A DNA stretch of 64,000 nt from IMG/VR virus record IMGVR_UViG_3300044259_000056, positions 10,261 to 74,260 of that record; one strand, given 5' to 3'. The DNA is from a virus. Its lineage: Duplodnaviria > Caudoviricetes. Both the position numbers and the translations under genes were made by a program. Under the pieces are notes generated by a model that saw only the letters and a program-made list of their open reading frames with translations, was not told where the DNA came from and made no database searches. The stretch's first letter is position 1, and each line of letters begins with the position of its first letter. Positions 63,929-64,000 of the stretch are shown piece after piece.

Positions 63929-64000
63929 ACGGTTTAGACATTTCATTAGAACATATCACATTACTTACCTGATAAAGATAGTTTAGCTGACAAGTTTTGT

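Noticed and set aside
1-64000. tRNA, rRNA, CRISPR array, integrase or alternative genetic code
   Set aside because: No cloverleaf or regularly spaced repeat-spacer pattern seen by eye; standard-code ORFs tile the window densely. A tRNAscan-SE run would be the definitive check

Overview
This is a 64-kb section of an AT-rich lytic myovirus (contractile tail) genome, probably infecting a gammaproteobacterium; the host cannot be fixed from sequence alone. Layout: 1-26.3 kb (+) virion morphogenesis (TerL, portal, protease, scaffold, capsid, neck, sheath/tube, tape measure, baseplate, two tail fibres). 26.4-45.4 kb (-) replication and middle genes (SSB, split family-A DNA polymerase, primase-helicase, rIIA/rIIB, SleB-like hydrolase, Srd-like protein). 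45.6-48.9 kb (+) a displaced three-gene fibre operon. 49-64 kb small early genes. The dominant feature is the load of intervening sequences in essential genes. There are four group I introns: one in terL, one in portal and two in the tape-measure gene, the latter separated by a 16-nt micro-exon; two of the four carry HNH endonucleases. Three of the introns are a sequence mosaic of one another. There are also two endonuclease-containing inteins (DNA polymerase, primase-helicase) and a stop plus 34-nt break in the polymerase flanked by matching CAT codons, a possible ribosomal bypass. Accessory genes include a second PolA/T7-RNAP-fold (TV-Pol-like) enzyme, a stand-alone class II aaRS-like domain, a putative orphan antitoxin domain, a catalytically dead ImmA/IrrE-like protein and DenV. 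A dispersed ~100-bp intergenic repeat and a periodic inverted-repeat module lie in non-coding DNA. No tRNA, rRNA, CRISPR array, integrase or reverse transcriptase was seen. Family assignments come from motif recognition without database searches.
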